IMG/VR virus record: IMGVR_UViG_3300030090_000470
Coordinates: 1-61,603 of that record
DNA: 61,603 nt
Origin: a virus
Lineage: Duplodnaviria; Caudoviricetes
Strand: one strand, 5' to 3'
In this document: positions 9,774-20,234 of the stretch, one piece after another
Layout of the letters: every line of letters begins with the position of its first letter
How positions within the stretch are numbered: position 1 is the first letter of the stretch
The notes under the pieces: model-generated
What the model was told of the DNA's origin: nothing
Database searches by the model: none
Seen by the model: only the letters and a program-made list of their open reading frames with translations
Position numbers and translations under genes: made by a program

Positions 9774-10357
9774 ATTCCTGTCCTAAATGTAAGGTTGATT
9801 CTTTCTTCTGCCTCTAACATATCAGGCACAGCATGAGTAGATTTCATTTGACTATGTCCATCAAATACTAATACGTCGCCGTGTTCTAGAATATAGGTAT
9901 CTTCTTTTATTAAAAAATTTTCTATTTTAGTTTCTATCTCACTAGTTTCAGTTTTTTGTTTTATATCATTTTGGTAATGTCGCCATGTAAATACTCTAGG
10001 TGCTCCAAAAGATATAGAAACAACTAAGTCATCTAATGTGGGTACGGTGTCGCTGTGGTGGGGGATACCTTTGCCATCAACACCATAATACCCACATAGA
10101 CAAAACGAAAAATCAGCTCGTAAATCATATTCTCGTAATAACATATACTCAGTTAATGTTTTAATTCTAAAAATACGGTGGTTATCTGTCCACAAGCGTC
10201 CTTTATATTTTTTGCCTGCATAGGCAAAAGTATTTCCATAACCAACTGTTTTTCTACCTAAAACTTTATGACCATTGAACTCACGTATAGTAGGTTCATC
10301 CCAGTCAGTAATAACAGGGTTTTCATTTTTGAAATATCCTTTTTTAAAATCTATCAT
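9770..10357 (-). CDS. AlkB-family 2OG-Fe(II) dioxygenase
   Basis: HSD...H iron triad, SISFGA.R.F, RINLTFR. Confidence 0.85.
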   Translation of the reverse strand: MIDFKKGYFKNENPVITDWDEPTIREFNGHKVLGRKTVGYGNTFAYAGKKYKGRLWTDNHRIFRIKTLTEYMLLREYDLRADFSFCLCGYYGVDGKGIPHHSDTVPTLDDLVVSISFGAPRVFTWRHYQNDIKQKTETSEIETKIENFLIKEDTYILEHGDVLVFDGHSQMKSTHAVPDMLEAEERINLTFRTGI

Positions 10358-11877
10358 ATTTTCGTATCGTTAAACTCTGGTAAATCGTGGGGCTCATTTT
10401 GAGTTTCGAATTCATTAATATACCATACGTTTACACCTTTGCCTTTTATATTGAAAAAATAAGGCTCACCGTCAAGCTGTTTTAATTTAGATGTTAGCCT
10501 ATTTCTTTGGTATTCTTTAAAATTATTTCTATGTAAGTAATCCATTAAATCTGCTAATCTAAAATATGTTTTACCTTTATTTGTCCATGGTTTATGTAAT
10601 AATAATTCATCTCTTTCTCTAGCAGGTCGTTCTGTACAAAAAGCTTCTAATAGCTCCATAAAATGTCCTTCGGTAGAACTTTCTTTAGGCACTTCTACAA
10701 TAGTAATAACGTCTAATAGCTGTTGTATAATCTGCCTCCAGACGTTATCTTTTACTTTAGGTGGTATTTTATTAAGAGCGTCCATACATTTACGCTGAAA
10801 CCTGTTTTGATTTAGTAGGTCATCTGTTTCTAGTTCTAACCTGCCGCCCTCTACATCTAAAAACCATATCGGTGGGTCACTATCTTGTTTTGTAAGATTA
10901 CTAAATAAAGGTGTGCCACCATTTGCTCCTATACCGAACTTACGAGTTCGACATAGCGGACTATTACAATGACTTGCTATAGGTTGGTCATTACATCTAT
11001 AAAAATAATCTTTACGTTTTAATTGTTTTACAACTGTTAGAACTTCTTGTGCACCTAAAGGTGGCTGCATATATTGAATATTTATATCTTCTAATCTTTT
11101 TTCCCAATCGTCTGCGTATTTTTTACGCAAGAATACACCAACGTTGAACAATCCTGAATTACGTGTGCCTTTAGGAAAACCCTGTACAACTAAATGTTGT
11201 ATGCATGGTGGTGCTTGGTCTAACCATTCGTGTTGTTCGTTTAAAGGACTAGCTTCTAATAGTTCTAGTGTTTTTGAGTTTATTTGTATTTCTTCTATAC
11301 GCTCTATAAATTCTGTTGGAGTAAGTGCTTGTCCCTGTATACCGTAAGCATATCTTGTTGAGTTTTCACCACCAAAATAAGGCATATTTAAAGTGCTGCC
11401 CCTATCACCTCTATCTAATAATAATTTAGTTTGTTTAGGAAATATTTCTGCCTGACCATAACCTATAGCAGCAGCAATCTGTCTCAGTTTTCTTTGCAAC
11501 ATAGATGCGGGGACAGGGTCTATCATAAATAAATATATATGAGCACCACCACTTTTACTCCTACAAATTATTAATGGTAGTTTTTGTTTTGCTAATTTAA
11601 TAGCTAATTGTTTTAAATCTAATTGGTATTCGTCAACATCTATAGCCCCCCACACACACTCGTTATTTTCATTTATGGGGACTATCCCTAAACTTTGTTG
11701 ACCCGATAGATGTTTTGTCCATAAGTCTAAAACATCACTATCTTCTAAATCTTTAGATATAGTAATATTTTTACCACTGGCTTTGCCGTCCTCTCTAGTT
11801 TCATTTGTAGAAGTAAACGTTCCGTATGCAGAACGTAGTCCTGCATACTTCTTAGCGAACGTTTCAGCTAACGACAT
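10354..11877 (-). CDS. Archaeo-eukaryotic-type primase/polymerase with PriCT-like domain
   Basis: WGAIDVD, RSKSGGAH.Y.F, EIFPKQ, PPC, GTRN motifs. Confidence 0.85.
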   Translation of the reverse strand: MSLAETFAKKYAGLRSAYGTFTSTNETREDGKASGKNITISKDLEDSDVLDLWTKHLSGQQSLGIVPINENNECVWGAIDVDEYQLDLKQLAIKLAKQKLPLIICRSKSGGAHIYLFMIDPVPASMLQRKLRQIAAAIGYGQAEIFPKQTKLLLDRGDRGSTLNMPYFGGENSTRYAYGIQGQALTPTEFIERIEEIQINSKTLELLEASPLNEQHEWLDQAPPCIQHLVVQGFPKGTRNSGLFNVGVFLRKKYADDWEKRLEDINIQYMQPPLGAQEVLTVVKQLKRKDYFYRCNDQPIASHCNSPLCRTRKFGIGANGGTPLFSNLTKQDSDPPIWFLDVEGGRLELETDDLLNQNRFQRKCMDALNKIPPKVKDNVWRQIIQQLLDVITIVEVPKESSTEGHFMELLEAFCTERPARERDELLLHKPWTNKGKTYFRLADLMDYLHRNNFKEYQRNRLTSKLKQLDGEPYFFNIKGKGVNVWYINEFETQNEPHDLPEFNDTKI

Positions 11878-11879
11878 GG

Positions 11880-12644
11880 CTACAAAGTAACAGAGTCGTC
11901 TAGCTGTTCTTCTTTAACCTCAACCTCACCTGCTCTCGCTGCAGACATAAATGTTTTAGCAATTTGTGCATCTTCGATAACAGTAGGATTTGCTTGGCTT
12001 ATGCTAAAGCTATTCCAAGTACCTTTATCATTAGATTGAGTTGTTGTTGAAAGAATATAGTTATAAGCAAACATAGGTGCTTCTACATGCTTTCCTGCAG
12101 AGGTTTGTACTCTAGCCATTCTCATCATAGTTAACCATTTACGAGCTACACCTAATTGTGTAGAAGTAAATGCAAGAACTGCTTGTTGAGGCTCTGGCTC
12201 TAACACCAACACATAAAACTGTGCTGTTTCAACTATTTCGTTTCCTTCAGGTGTATAAAATCTCCTAGATTCAGGGTCTTTTTTACATTTATTAAGGATA
12301 GAAATATCGTGGTTAGCGTTGACCAAACCACCGCCTTTTTCTCTAGGCACCCATTCTATGTATTTTTTAGTATAAGCACATGGAACAATAGTTATTCCTT
12401 TAGCACCGTCATAAACACTATTTGTCACAGTGTTAAACAAGTCACCTGCACTTGCACCTTCTACATAGCTACCATTTGCTTTATTAAGCTGTGGCGACAT
12501 GGGTTGTAAAACTCTGATAAAAGGAATTGCAAAATCCTCTACCGTAGTTTCTTCTAGACCAGTCCCTTCTGATAATAAAGTATCATCGAAAGCGACTACG
12601 TTTGTTGTAGCTTTAGGGGCTACATTTTTATCTTCATCAATCAT
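11880..12644 (-). CDS. Putative ssDNA-binding protein
   Basis: IPFI.VLQ.MSPQ, YIEW.PR..GGG, STQL..ARKW, acidic C-terminus; position in the replication module. Confidence 0.6.
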   Translation of the reverse strand: MIDEDKNVAPKATTNVVAFDDTLLSEGTGLEETTVEDFAIPFIRVLQPMSPQLNKANGSYVEGASAGDLFNTVTNSVYDGAKGITIVPCAYTKKYIEWVPREKGGGLVNANHDISILNKCKKDPESRRFYTPEGNEIVETAQFYVLVLEPEPQQAVLAFTSTQLGVARKWLTMMRMARVQTSAGKHVEAPMFAYNYILSTTTQSNDKGTWNSFSISQANPTVIEDAQIAKTFMSAARAGEVEVKEEQLDDSVTL

Positions 12645-12647
12645 GTT

Positions 12648-13220
12648 TTACTCCTTTTTGATGATAGCCTTAGTGCCTATATAGACACCAAAAGGCTCGG
12701 TTGGAACATCATTCCCTGTAGTTAATTGCTCTTTTACAAAAGCTTTTAAGGTAGAGGGATGAATACTCTGTTTTACCTCTGGTGATAGACCACGAGATTT
12801 AAGTGCTAAAACAGTTTCATCTACTATAGCACTCTCACCACGAGCGAACTTTAAAGATACTTCGTTCTTTATAATACCCTCGTGTCCGTTATCTACTAAC
12901 CATTGGTATGCCTGTTGCTGATTAGCCTTAGATATATGAGCACTATAGAACTCGTTTATAGATATCTTTTCTCCAGAGGATAAAGTTATCTGCGAGAGTC
13001 CTGCTTCTGACATGGCGTCAGGTAACTCTTGTTCTTGACATAATCGCAATTCTTCTTTTTTAGCTTTTAAGTTTTCTTCAATACTCGCAACTTCATCTGA
13101 TAGACGTAGTTGTTTTTCAGCTAAACTAGAAACGGTGTTTAATTCATTATCAGTGACATTACTCTCCCATGAGTCGGGTTCGCTATTACCAATAAGTTCT
13201 TCAAATGTAGGTTTATTCAT
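12648..13220 (-). CDS. Conserved replication-module protein (coiled coil, HPSTLKAFVKE)
   Basis: LPDAM.E.G...WL..NGH..IIKNEV pattern typical of PolA/SNF2 phage modules. Confidence 0.7.
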   Translation of the reverse strand: MNKPTFEELIGNSEPDSWESNVTDNELNTVSSLAEKQLRLSDEVASIEENLKAKKEELRLCQEQELPDAMSEAGLSQITLSSGEKISINEFYSAHISKANQQQAYQWLVDNGHEGIIKNEVSLKFARGESAIVDETVLALKSRGLSPEVKQSIHPSTLKAFVKEQLTTGNDVPTEPFGVYIGTKAIIKKE

Positions 13221-13539
13221 CTAATTCTCCTTTCTGATGTATATCTATATCTACAGGATAATACAAGCCTTCTTGTTTATCCCATTTTAATATACTATAT
13301 TTACCTCGATTAAAAAATGCAGCTAATGAACACGCCACACCTATAGCGGCAGGGTCTCCTATCAACAATAAGTAATCACCTTCTTTATAATCTTGTAGAA
13401 GTTTTTTCATTCTACGTACCGAAGGTCCAGAGCTTAACATAATTTGTGCATTAGAAGGTAACAAGACTTCAAAGTCGCCGTACTGTCTAGCACCTGCGAT
13501 ATTTCGTCCCGCTACTTCTTGAACAACATATACTGTCAT
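13213..13539 (-). CDS. Conserved hypothetical protein
   Basis: VYVVQE, DYLLLIGDP, LKWD motifs; SD AGAAAGGAG. Confidence 0.8.
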   Translation of the reverse strand: MTVYVVQEVAGRNIAGARQYGDFEVLLPSNAQIMLSSGPSVRRMKKLLQDYKEGDYLLLIGDPAAIGVACSLAAFFNRGKYSILKWDKQEGLYYPVDIDIHQKGELDE

Positions 13540-13569
13540 TTTTTTCTCCTTTCTTATTTCTAGGCTTTT

Positions 13570-13598
13570 AATTTATAATAGAGTAATACCAAAGTAAA
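13570..13598 (-). promoter_or_regulatory. Promoter of the replication operon, TTTACT-N17-TAAATT
   Basis: GCTTTACTTTGG family. Confidence 0.6.
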
Positions 13599-13775
13599 GC
13601 TATTAGTATTATTAATTTTAAAAATATTTATTTTCACAGAAAAATATTTTATAAATAACTAATATATCTAATAGAGTAATAGATTTCTAAATCAAACACT
13701 CTACTAAACGGACTAAAAGATTATTATTTTGGTCTTTAAACTCTATTAGTTTTACTATATTATTATTACTAGAAA
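13599..13775. other. AT-rich divergent intergenic region with CTAATA/TATTAG repeats (candidate origin)
   Basis: Motif copies at ~13601, 13659, 13668, 13743; inverted similarity to 53540-53730. Confidence 0.4.
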
Positions 13776-13786
13776 TTAGAAAGTAA

Positions 13787-15235
13787 ATGGAAATTAAATA
13801 TAAATTTAAAACTAAGCCTTATAAACATCAGTTGCAGGCATTACAAAAATCGTGGAGAAAACACGAGTATGCCTATTTTATGGAAATGGGTACAGGTAAA
13901 TCTAAAGTGCTTATTGACAATATAGCTTTATTATATGATAAAGACGCTATTAACTCTGCAATTATAGTAGCACCGAAAGGCGTATATAGAAATTGGTTAG
14001 AAAAAGAAATACCAACACATATGCCAGACCATGTAGAATATAAAATGGCTATATGGAATCCTGCACCTAATAAAAAACAAAAGAAAGATTTAGTAGATTT
14101 GTTTGAACCATGTTTCGAACTTAAAATACTTATTGTAAATGTAGAAGCTTTTAGTACGAAGAAAGGTGTTACTTTTGTAGAAAAATTTATACGTAGTTCT
14201 AACACACTTATAGCTGTAGATGAATCTACTACTATTAAAAATCCGAAAGCACAAAGAACTAAAAATCTACTTAAACTTGCAATTAATACAAAATATAGAA
14301 GAATACTAACAGGCTTCCCTGTTACAAGGTCACCTTTAGATTTATATAGTCAATGTGCATTTCTTAATACACATTTATTAGGTTACGGCTCTTATTATTC
14401 TTTTCAAAATAGATATGCACAAGTTATGAATAGGAAATTAGGAACACATAGTTTTAGACAGGTTGTCGGATACCAAAACCTAGATGAACTTACATCATCG
14501 TTAGATAGTTTTTCTTTTAGAGTTTTGAAAAAAGAGTGTTTAGATTTACCAGACAAAATATACACTACTAGAGAAGTAGAACTTACTCCTGAACAAAAGA
14601 AAGTATATAAAGAATTGACCAAATATGCTGTTGCAGAATTAGAATCTAATGAGATAGTTAGCGTAACATCTATTCTTACACAGATATTAAGACTACATCA
14701 AGTTGTTTGTGGTTTTGTTAAACACGACCAAGGAGACGAAGTAGAGATAAAAAATAACAGGCTAGATGAATTAATAAACGTATTACAAGAAGTTCAAGGT
14801 AAAACTATAATATGGGCGAACTATCAATACGATATTAAAAGAATACTTAAAACATTACAAGGTATTACAGGCACAGATAGTGTAGCGACTTATTACGGTG
14901 AAACACCTGATGAAGAACGCCAAGAAATTATACGTAGGTTTCAAGACCCTAATTCAGAATTACAATATATTATTAGTAATACTCAAACAGGTGGTTATGG
15001 TATTACATTAACTGAAGCTAAAAATGTTATTTACTATAGCAATAATTACGACCTCGAAAAACGTCTACAATCTGAAGACCGTGCTCATCGTATAGGACAA
15101 ACTAATAAAGTAACCTATATTGATTTAGTTGCTAAAGGTACTGTAGATGAAAAAATAGTAAAAGCTCTTAGAAATAAACTTGACTTAGCACAAGAAGTTT
15201 TAGGCGACGAAAAATGGAAAGATTGGATTAATTAA
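13787..15235 (+). CDS. SNF2-family (SF2) helicase
   Basis: MEMGTGKS, VDEST, LTG.P, QSEDRAHRIGQ. Confidence 0.93.
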   Translation: MEIKYKFKTKPYKHQLQALQKSWRKHEYAYFMEMGTGKSKVLIDNIALLYDKDAINSAIIVAPKGVYRNWLEKEIPTHMPDHVEYKMAIWNPAPNKKQKKDLVDLFEPCFELKILIVNVEAFSTKKGVTFVEKFIRSSNTLIAVDESTTIKNPKAQRTKNLLKLAINTKYRRILTGFPVTRSPLDLYSQCAFLNTHLLGYGSYYSFQNRYAQVMNRKLGTHSFRQVVGYQNLDELTSSLDSFSFRVLKKECLDLPDKIYTTREVELTPEQKKVYKELTKYAVAELESNEIVSVTSILTQILRLHQVVCGFVKHDQGDEVEIKNNRLDELINVLQEVQGKTIIWANYQYDIKRILKTLQGITGTDSVATYYGETPDEERQEIIRRFQDPNSELQYIISNTQTGGYGITLTEAKNVIYYSNNYDLEKRLQSEDRAHRIGQTNKVTYIDLVAKGTVDEKIVKALRNKLDLAQEVLGDEKWKDWIN

Positions 15236-15990
15236 TTACCGCGTAAATAATTTAATCTATTCAAAGCTGTAGTTAGTTCACCACCACTAGCCATAAAGCC
15301 CATGTTATTTCTAACTTCCTCAGGCAGTTTTGCTAAACCTTTATTACCTTCTGGAATTGGTTCTAATTTACTATCTTTTTGTGGTAGTGGACCACCATCC
15401 TCCATCATTAATAATCTTCTGCCAGATTGTGTTAGTGGCGATTTACTTTTTGGTAATGAATCTAAAGGGTCAGGGTTTGTTCCACTACCTATATCACCAC
15501 TTCGAATACCCATTTCGTAAAGCATTTGTCTATCTTTATCACTTAATGCTCTACCACCTTTTGTTATAATATCTAAGTATAGTGAAAGAGGAAATTCTTC
15601 ACTTACTTCATTATAAGCAGCCATTTCTTTTCTAAATAAGTCTCCTAATTCTTCTAATCTATTTTCTGAAGCAGCACCACCCCTACTCATCATTTGTGGC
15701 TCACGTTTGCTACCTGAGATAAATTGCATAATAACTCCTTTGGCTCCTTCGATTATTTGTAAAGCAGTTTCTGGATTACCTTGCGACCTTTTTATTACAG
15801 CATCTGCTAACATTTGTGCGTCTTGTCCTGCATCAACACTTTGTTCTGCTTGTACCATTTCAGGTGCTTGGTCTTGCATAAGGTCGGGAGCTGGCACAGC
15901 CATAGGAGGTGCAGCAGGTGTAGGTTGTGGCTGACCTGCACTCATATTCCTTAACTCGTCTAATTTACTCATTATACCTTGTTGCATCAT
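15232..15990 (-). CDS. Putative internal virion protein
   Basis: M/Q/P-rich, several MxxGG motifs, NKGLAKLPEEVRN.MG motif. Confidence 0.55.
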   Translation of the reverse strand: MMQQGIMSKLDELRNMSAGQPQPTPAAPPMAVPAPDLMQDQAPEMVQAEQSVDAGQDAQMLADAVIKRSQGNPETALQIIEGAKGVIMQFISGSKREPQMMSRGGAASENRLEELGDLFRKEMAAYNEVSEEFPLSLYLDIITKGGRALSDKDRQMLYEMGIRSGDIGSGTNPDPLDSLPKSKSPLTQSGRRLLMMEDGGPLPQKDSKLEPIPEGNKGLAKLPEEVRNNMGFMASGGELTTALNRLNYLRGN

Positions 15991-15994
15991 AATC

Positions 15995-16876
15995 TTATCT
16001 CCTTGGCTTAAAAGCGTTTTGGAATATTCTTGTAGTCATTGTATCACCTTGTTGACTTTGCGGCAACATCATAATACCTGCATTTAAAGGACCGCCAAAT
16101 TTCATACCTTCTGGTTTAGGTGGTTCTTTAGGAGGAACTTGCGGTGGTTTGTATATAGGTCTTTTTATAGGAGTAGTAACATATCCAGGAGCTTGACCAA
16201 ATGTTCTTGTACTAATTCCTGGAGAAAGTCGAATACTTGGAACACCACTACTAAAATCAGTTGGTGGTCTATACATACGTCTGGTAGGTATAGGAGTGTC
16301 TACAGGAGGAGGTGGTATATAAGGTGGGTCATCTGGCGGCACTATAGGTCCATCATCGAATGGTGGCTCATCTGGTGGGTACACTATATCGTCATCAAAA
16401 GGTGGTCTAATAGGTCCATCTCCAGGAGGTCTTGGAGGTCTTGGAGGTCTTGGAGGCATTATAGGTATATCTATAGGGGGCGTAAATGGTGGTGGCACAT
16501 CTACAGGCGGTATAAATGGTGGCGGTGCATCTACAGGCGGTATAAATGGTGGTGGCACATCTACAGGCGGTATAAATGGTGGTGGCACATCTACAGGCGG
16601 TTCAAAAATATCGTCGTAAATATTATCTATGGGCGGAACAAAAATTTGGTCTGAAAAATCGTCTGGCGGCATACTAGGGGGTTGTATGTTAAAGGGGTCT
16701 ACAAAAGTATTACCACCAGACATTAAATTGTTTTCTATGTCGGTTACTTCACTATTGATAAAATCTGCAACATCAGCTTCGTATTGGTCTGTTGCTCCCA
16801 TACGAGATAAGTTAGCATCACGTCTTGCGTTAGCTAATGATAATATTCCGTCTCTGCCTATATCATCGTAAATCAT
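15995..16876 (-). CDS. Proline-rich putative virion protein
   Basis: PPVDVPPPFI and PPR repeats; in operon with ejection-type genes. Confidence 0.6.
   Translation of the reverse strand: MIYDDIGRDGILSLANARRDANLSRMGATDQYEADVADFINSEVTDIENNLMSGGNTFVDPFNIQPPSMPPDDFSDQIFVPPIDNIYDDIFEPPVDVPPPFIPPVDVPPPFIPPVDAPPPFIPPVDVPPPFTPPIDIPIMPPRPPRPPRPPGDGPIRPPFDDDIVYPPDEPPFDDGPIVPPDDPPYIPPPPVDTPIPTRRMYRPPTDFSSGVPSIRLSPGISTRTFGQAPGYVTTPIKRPIYKPPQVPPKEPPKPEGMKFGGPLNAGIMMLPQSQQGDTMTTRIFQNAFKPRR
16481..16600. repeat. 4 x 30-bp tandem repeat encoding PPVD(V/A)PPPF(I/T)
   Basis: TATAAATGGTGGTGGCACATCTACAGGCGG units. Confidence 0.9.
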
Positions 16877-19800
16877 TGTTGTTGTTTATACTCTTCAGTC
16901 AATTTTTTTATAACTTCATCTATTTCATCTGTTACTGGTGTTCTAGAATTTATTTTTAATTTTTTTAATTCGGTGTCGTAATATTTTAATTCGTTCGCCA
17001 TGTCATTGTAATACACTGTGCCATAAGAAGCTAAAAAATTTGCAAAATTTTGTAATGACCTTCTACCTTCTGCAAAAGCAATAGTTTCTTTTGCTAATTT
17101 AGGGTCCATTATCATTCGACCTATAAATGCTTGAGAACGTTCAGTCATAAGTACATCAAGTGCTGTAGTCCTTCTACCAAATTGTGTTAACGGTGGTATA
17201 AACATTCTTTGTAAAAATTTAAATCCTGGAAGTGGTTTACTAGTATCTAATCTTTTTGACGCTAAAGTAGCACCCTCTGACAATGTGTCTCTTGCCATTT
17301 CCCTCTGTGCTATATCATTAATTAATTGTAAAGTGTCGAGAGTTTGTTTTTTATCTTTACCTAATAATTTACCGAAAGTATCATCAAAAGTTAATCTCGG
17401 TCCAGTTAGTTGTTCTGGTCCAAACTTACCGAATAGTACATTATTTAATGCGTTTTCATCTAACCTAAATCCACCTGCTACACCAGTATTATCTAGTTTC
17501 ATAATATCACGTAAAAGAATATTTTTAGTTATTTGACGTATCTGTTGTTCTAAAACTTTATCTCCTTTAACTGTATTTAATAAAAAATCTATATCATTTG
17601 CTAATGCACCTGTACTAATATTTTCATCAGAAGCTCTAATAATTCTATTTACTATATCGTAAACAGGGTTTACTGCATCTTCTCCAACACCGAAAGTATT
17701 TTTTAGAATATTGATTTTTTTATCTGTTGCTTCAATCTTATTCGATAGCCTTGTTAATGTTCTTTGATTAGATATAGTAAGCACCCCAAATTTATCTTGC
17801 GGAAATATTGCTTTTAAAGTGCTTTGATTATTATCTAAAAATTCTTTAAGTGCTTTAGATTGTTCTTTTGCTGTTCCTTTACCAAGAACATTTTTTTGTA
17901 TATAATCCAACACTTCTTTTTGTACGTAATGTTCTCCGTCGTCACCTGCGGTACGTAATACTTTCATAAAATCAGAAACAGGTGTATTTATTTTTGCTCC
18001 TGAAACATTACTATTAAACATAGCGGGAATTAGTTGTTCTGGTCTATTACTTTTAAGAAGTTGCGAAAAAATAACATTATCGACATCACTATAAGCTTGT
18101 TCCATATTTTTATAAGCAAAATTTAAATCATCACCATAATTATTATCCCTTCTATATTTTCTAATAGCGTCTAATTCTTTTTTGTTATATTTAGTTTTTA
18201 TTTTAAAACCTAGTTTTGTTGCTATATCGTCATTAAAAGCTTTATCTATTTGTTTATTAATATCTTTTATAGCATCATTTGCAAATTTTCTTGAACCTGC
18301 TATTTTTGAATTTACTCTCATTTCGTTTAAAACGACTTGTAATTCGAATAATTCTTTAACAGTAAACTCAGGATTTTGAAATTTACCTTTACCTTTAGTA
18401 GCTTGACCTTGTAATCTTTTTAAAAGTTCTATACCACTACCTGAAAGACCTAAAGTTTCTTCTATTTCTCTCACAGCTTTTTTTCTTTCAAAAAATTTAA
18501 ATGTTGCATCTTTTAATTTTTTATATTCTCTACCGAAATTTCTAACATACCCTGCACCTGTAGTAAGTTCAGCGTATTTAGGACTGTTTAATAAATCATT
18601 AAAAGTATTTTGTGCTCCTACAAGATAATCATCTCTAGCTTTAGCTAATGCTGTAGCTTGTTTTGGTAAAATTTCTATACCGTCTTTAGAAGATTTGGTA
18701 AATAATGAGCCTTTTGGTGGTGGGATAAGTTCATTTATATCGTCGATAATTTTATTTAAAGCTACCACACCATCTGTTTGGAATCTAGCAGCATTTTCTG
18801 CAGCTTTTTTAGTTATAGCAGCACTTACTTCTACTCCTACAGGTACTTTACCACCTGCAAACTCATCACCTAAAGCTTTAACAAGTTGTGAAATAACGGT
18901 TTGATTTCCTTGCTGTAATTCGCCATATAATGCTTCTAATTTTTTATTTTGTGCATTTTTTAAATAAATAAATTCTAAATCTGCTGCATCTTGGTCAAGA
19001 GGGTTTCGTCCAGATAATGTTGGGTTATATGATGAAATTTCTTTTTTATATAATTTAACAAACTCATCTATTTGTTTATTTATTTCTTCTGCTGATGTTG
19101 TGCCGCTTGTATAGATAAGTCCTGCTTTACCTTTTTGTTCTAAGGCACTAGCTTGTCTTAATAAAATTTCTTCTATTTCTTCTAAAATATCAGTAGATAC
19201 TTGTTTACCCGATAATACTCTATACGCTGTAGGAAGCACACTCATTATGGTGCCGACCGCTGCTGTACCACCTAAAGCTAAAAGACCCGTTAGACCTGAC
19301 TCTTTTAAAATAGTTGCTGTATCTAAATCATTGTATCCTCCACCTTTACCTATAATTAATCGAGCAGCGTCCATACTAGCTGCACCTAAACCAGCACCAC
19401 CAGAAGCTTTTAAAAGTTGCAATAGTGCATTAGGAATACTTCTTGCACCTAAACCTGACACCCCTGCTATAGCAACACCCGTAATATCGCCAATAACTGC
19501 AGGAGCTTCACGTGAAAATATTGACCATACATCTTCAAAATTAATGTCAGGGTCACGTAAAACTTGATAAGTATCACTACCTTCAGGTTTAAATCTAAAA
19601 CCTTCACGAGGTTTGAGAGGATTTAAATAATCTAAATCACCTTTTATACCTAATTTATCTGTAATAAATTTAATATTTTCTTTAGTTAAATTACGAGGGG
19701 CGGCTATCAAATGTGCATAAAACTGACGTTCTAATTGATTTGTTTCAAATTGATATGGATTGTCAGGATTTATGCCATAACTTGCAATAGTAGCTTTTCT

Positions 19801-20232
19801 ATCAAACCGAAATGGTTTATTAGGCTCTATAACTGATTGAAGACCATCAGGAGGCATCGGTGGTCTATCTCCAGGACTTGCTGTTTTTGACCACTCTTCT
19901 AATATTTTATTATATTCTTCTTGTGCTACTTTACTTTCTGCTAATCGTTCAGTATATCCAGGAGCTTGGTCTTCTATATTGAAAGGTATCGGCGGTATAT
20001 TGTATTTATCAATTTTAGCTTGCATTCCTGGAAGTTCCTCTAAAATTGCATCATAAGTTTTTTGTGATAATCTACCTTCAGCTATTTCTTTATCTCGTAA
20101 AGCAGGGATGGTAGCTATAGAATAGAAAAGTATTTCATTAGGGTTTAATGCATTACCGTAAGTTAAGTTTGGATTATTAGGTAACGGAGTGTTATAAATT
20201 TTATTAATATTTTCCTGTAGTTGCGGATTCAT
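16873..20232 (-). CDS. Large putative internal/ejection protein
   Basis: 1119 aa, helical, central G/A-rich hydrophobic segment; position in the late operon. Confidence 0.55.
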   Translation of the reverse strand: MNPQLQENINKIYNTPLPNNPNLTYGNALNPNEILFYSIATIPALRDKEIAEGRLSQKTYDAILEELPGMQAKIDKYNIPPIPFNIEDQAPGYTERLAESKVAQEEYNKILEEWSKTASPGDRPPMPPDGLQSVIEPNKPFRFDRKATIASYGINPDNPYQFETNQLERQFYAHLIAAPRNLTKENIKFITDKLGIKGDLDYLNPLKPREGFRFKPEGSDTYQVLRDPDINFEDVWSIFSREAPAVIGDITGVAIAGVSGLGARSIPNALLQLLKASGGAGLGAASMDAARLIIGKGGGYNDLDTATILKESGLTGLLALGGTAAVGTIMSVLPTAYRVLSGKQVSTDILEEIEEILLRQASALEQKGKAGLIYTSGTTSAEEINKQIDEFVKLYKKEISSYNPTLSGRNPLDQDAADLEFIYLKNAQNKKLEALYGELQQGNQTVISQLVKALGDEFAGGKVPVGVEVSAAITKKAAENAARFQTDGVVALNKIIDDINELIPPPKGSLFTKSSKDGIEILPKQATALAKARDDYLVGAQNTFNDLLNSPKYAELTTGAGYVRNFGREYKKLKDATFKFFERKKAVREIEETLGLSGSGIELLKRLQGQATKGKGKFQNPEFTVKELFELQVVLNEMRVNSKIAGSRKFANDAIKDINKQIDKAFNDDIATKLGFKIKTKYNKKELDAIRKYRRDNNYGDDLNFAYKNMEQAYSDVDNVIFSQLLKSNRPEQLIPAMFNSNVSGAKINTPVSDFMKVLRTAGDDGEHYVQKEVLDYIQKNVLGKGTAKEQSKALKEFLDNNQSTLKAIFPQDKFGVLTISNQRTLTRLSNKIEATDKKINILKNTFGVGEDAVNPVYDIVNRIIRASDENISTGALANDIDFLLNTVKGDKVLEQQIRQITKNILLRDIMKLDNTGVAGGFRLDENALNNVLFGKFGPEQLTGPRLTFDDTFGKLLGKDKKQTLDTLQLINDIAQREMARDTLSEGATLASKRLDTSKPLPGFKFLQRMFIPPLTQFGRRTTALDVLMTERSQAFIGRMIMDPKLAKETIAFAEGRRSLQNFANFLASYGTVYYNDMANELKYYDTELKKLKINSRTPVTDEIDEVIKKLTEEYKQQQ

Positions 20233-20234
20233 TT

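Noticed and set aside
16481-16600. CRISPR-like 30-bp repeats
   Set aside because: No spacers; in-frame coding repeats of a proline-rich protein
16139-16654. Plus-strand 171-aa W/R-rich ORF
   Set aside because: Shadow of proline codons on the opposite strand
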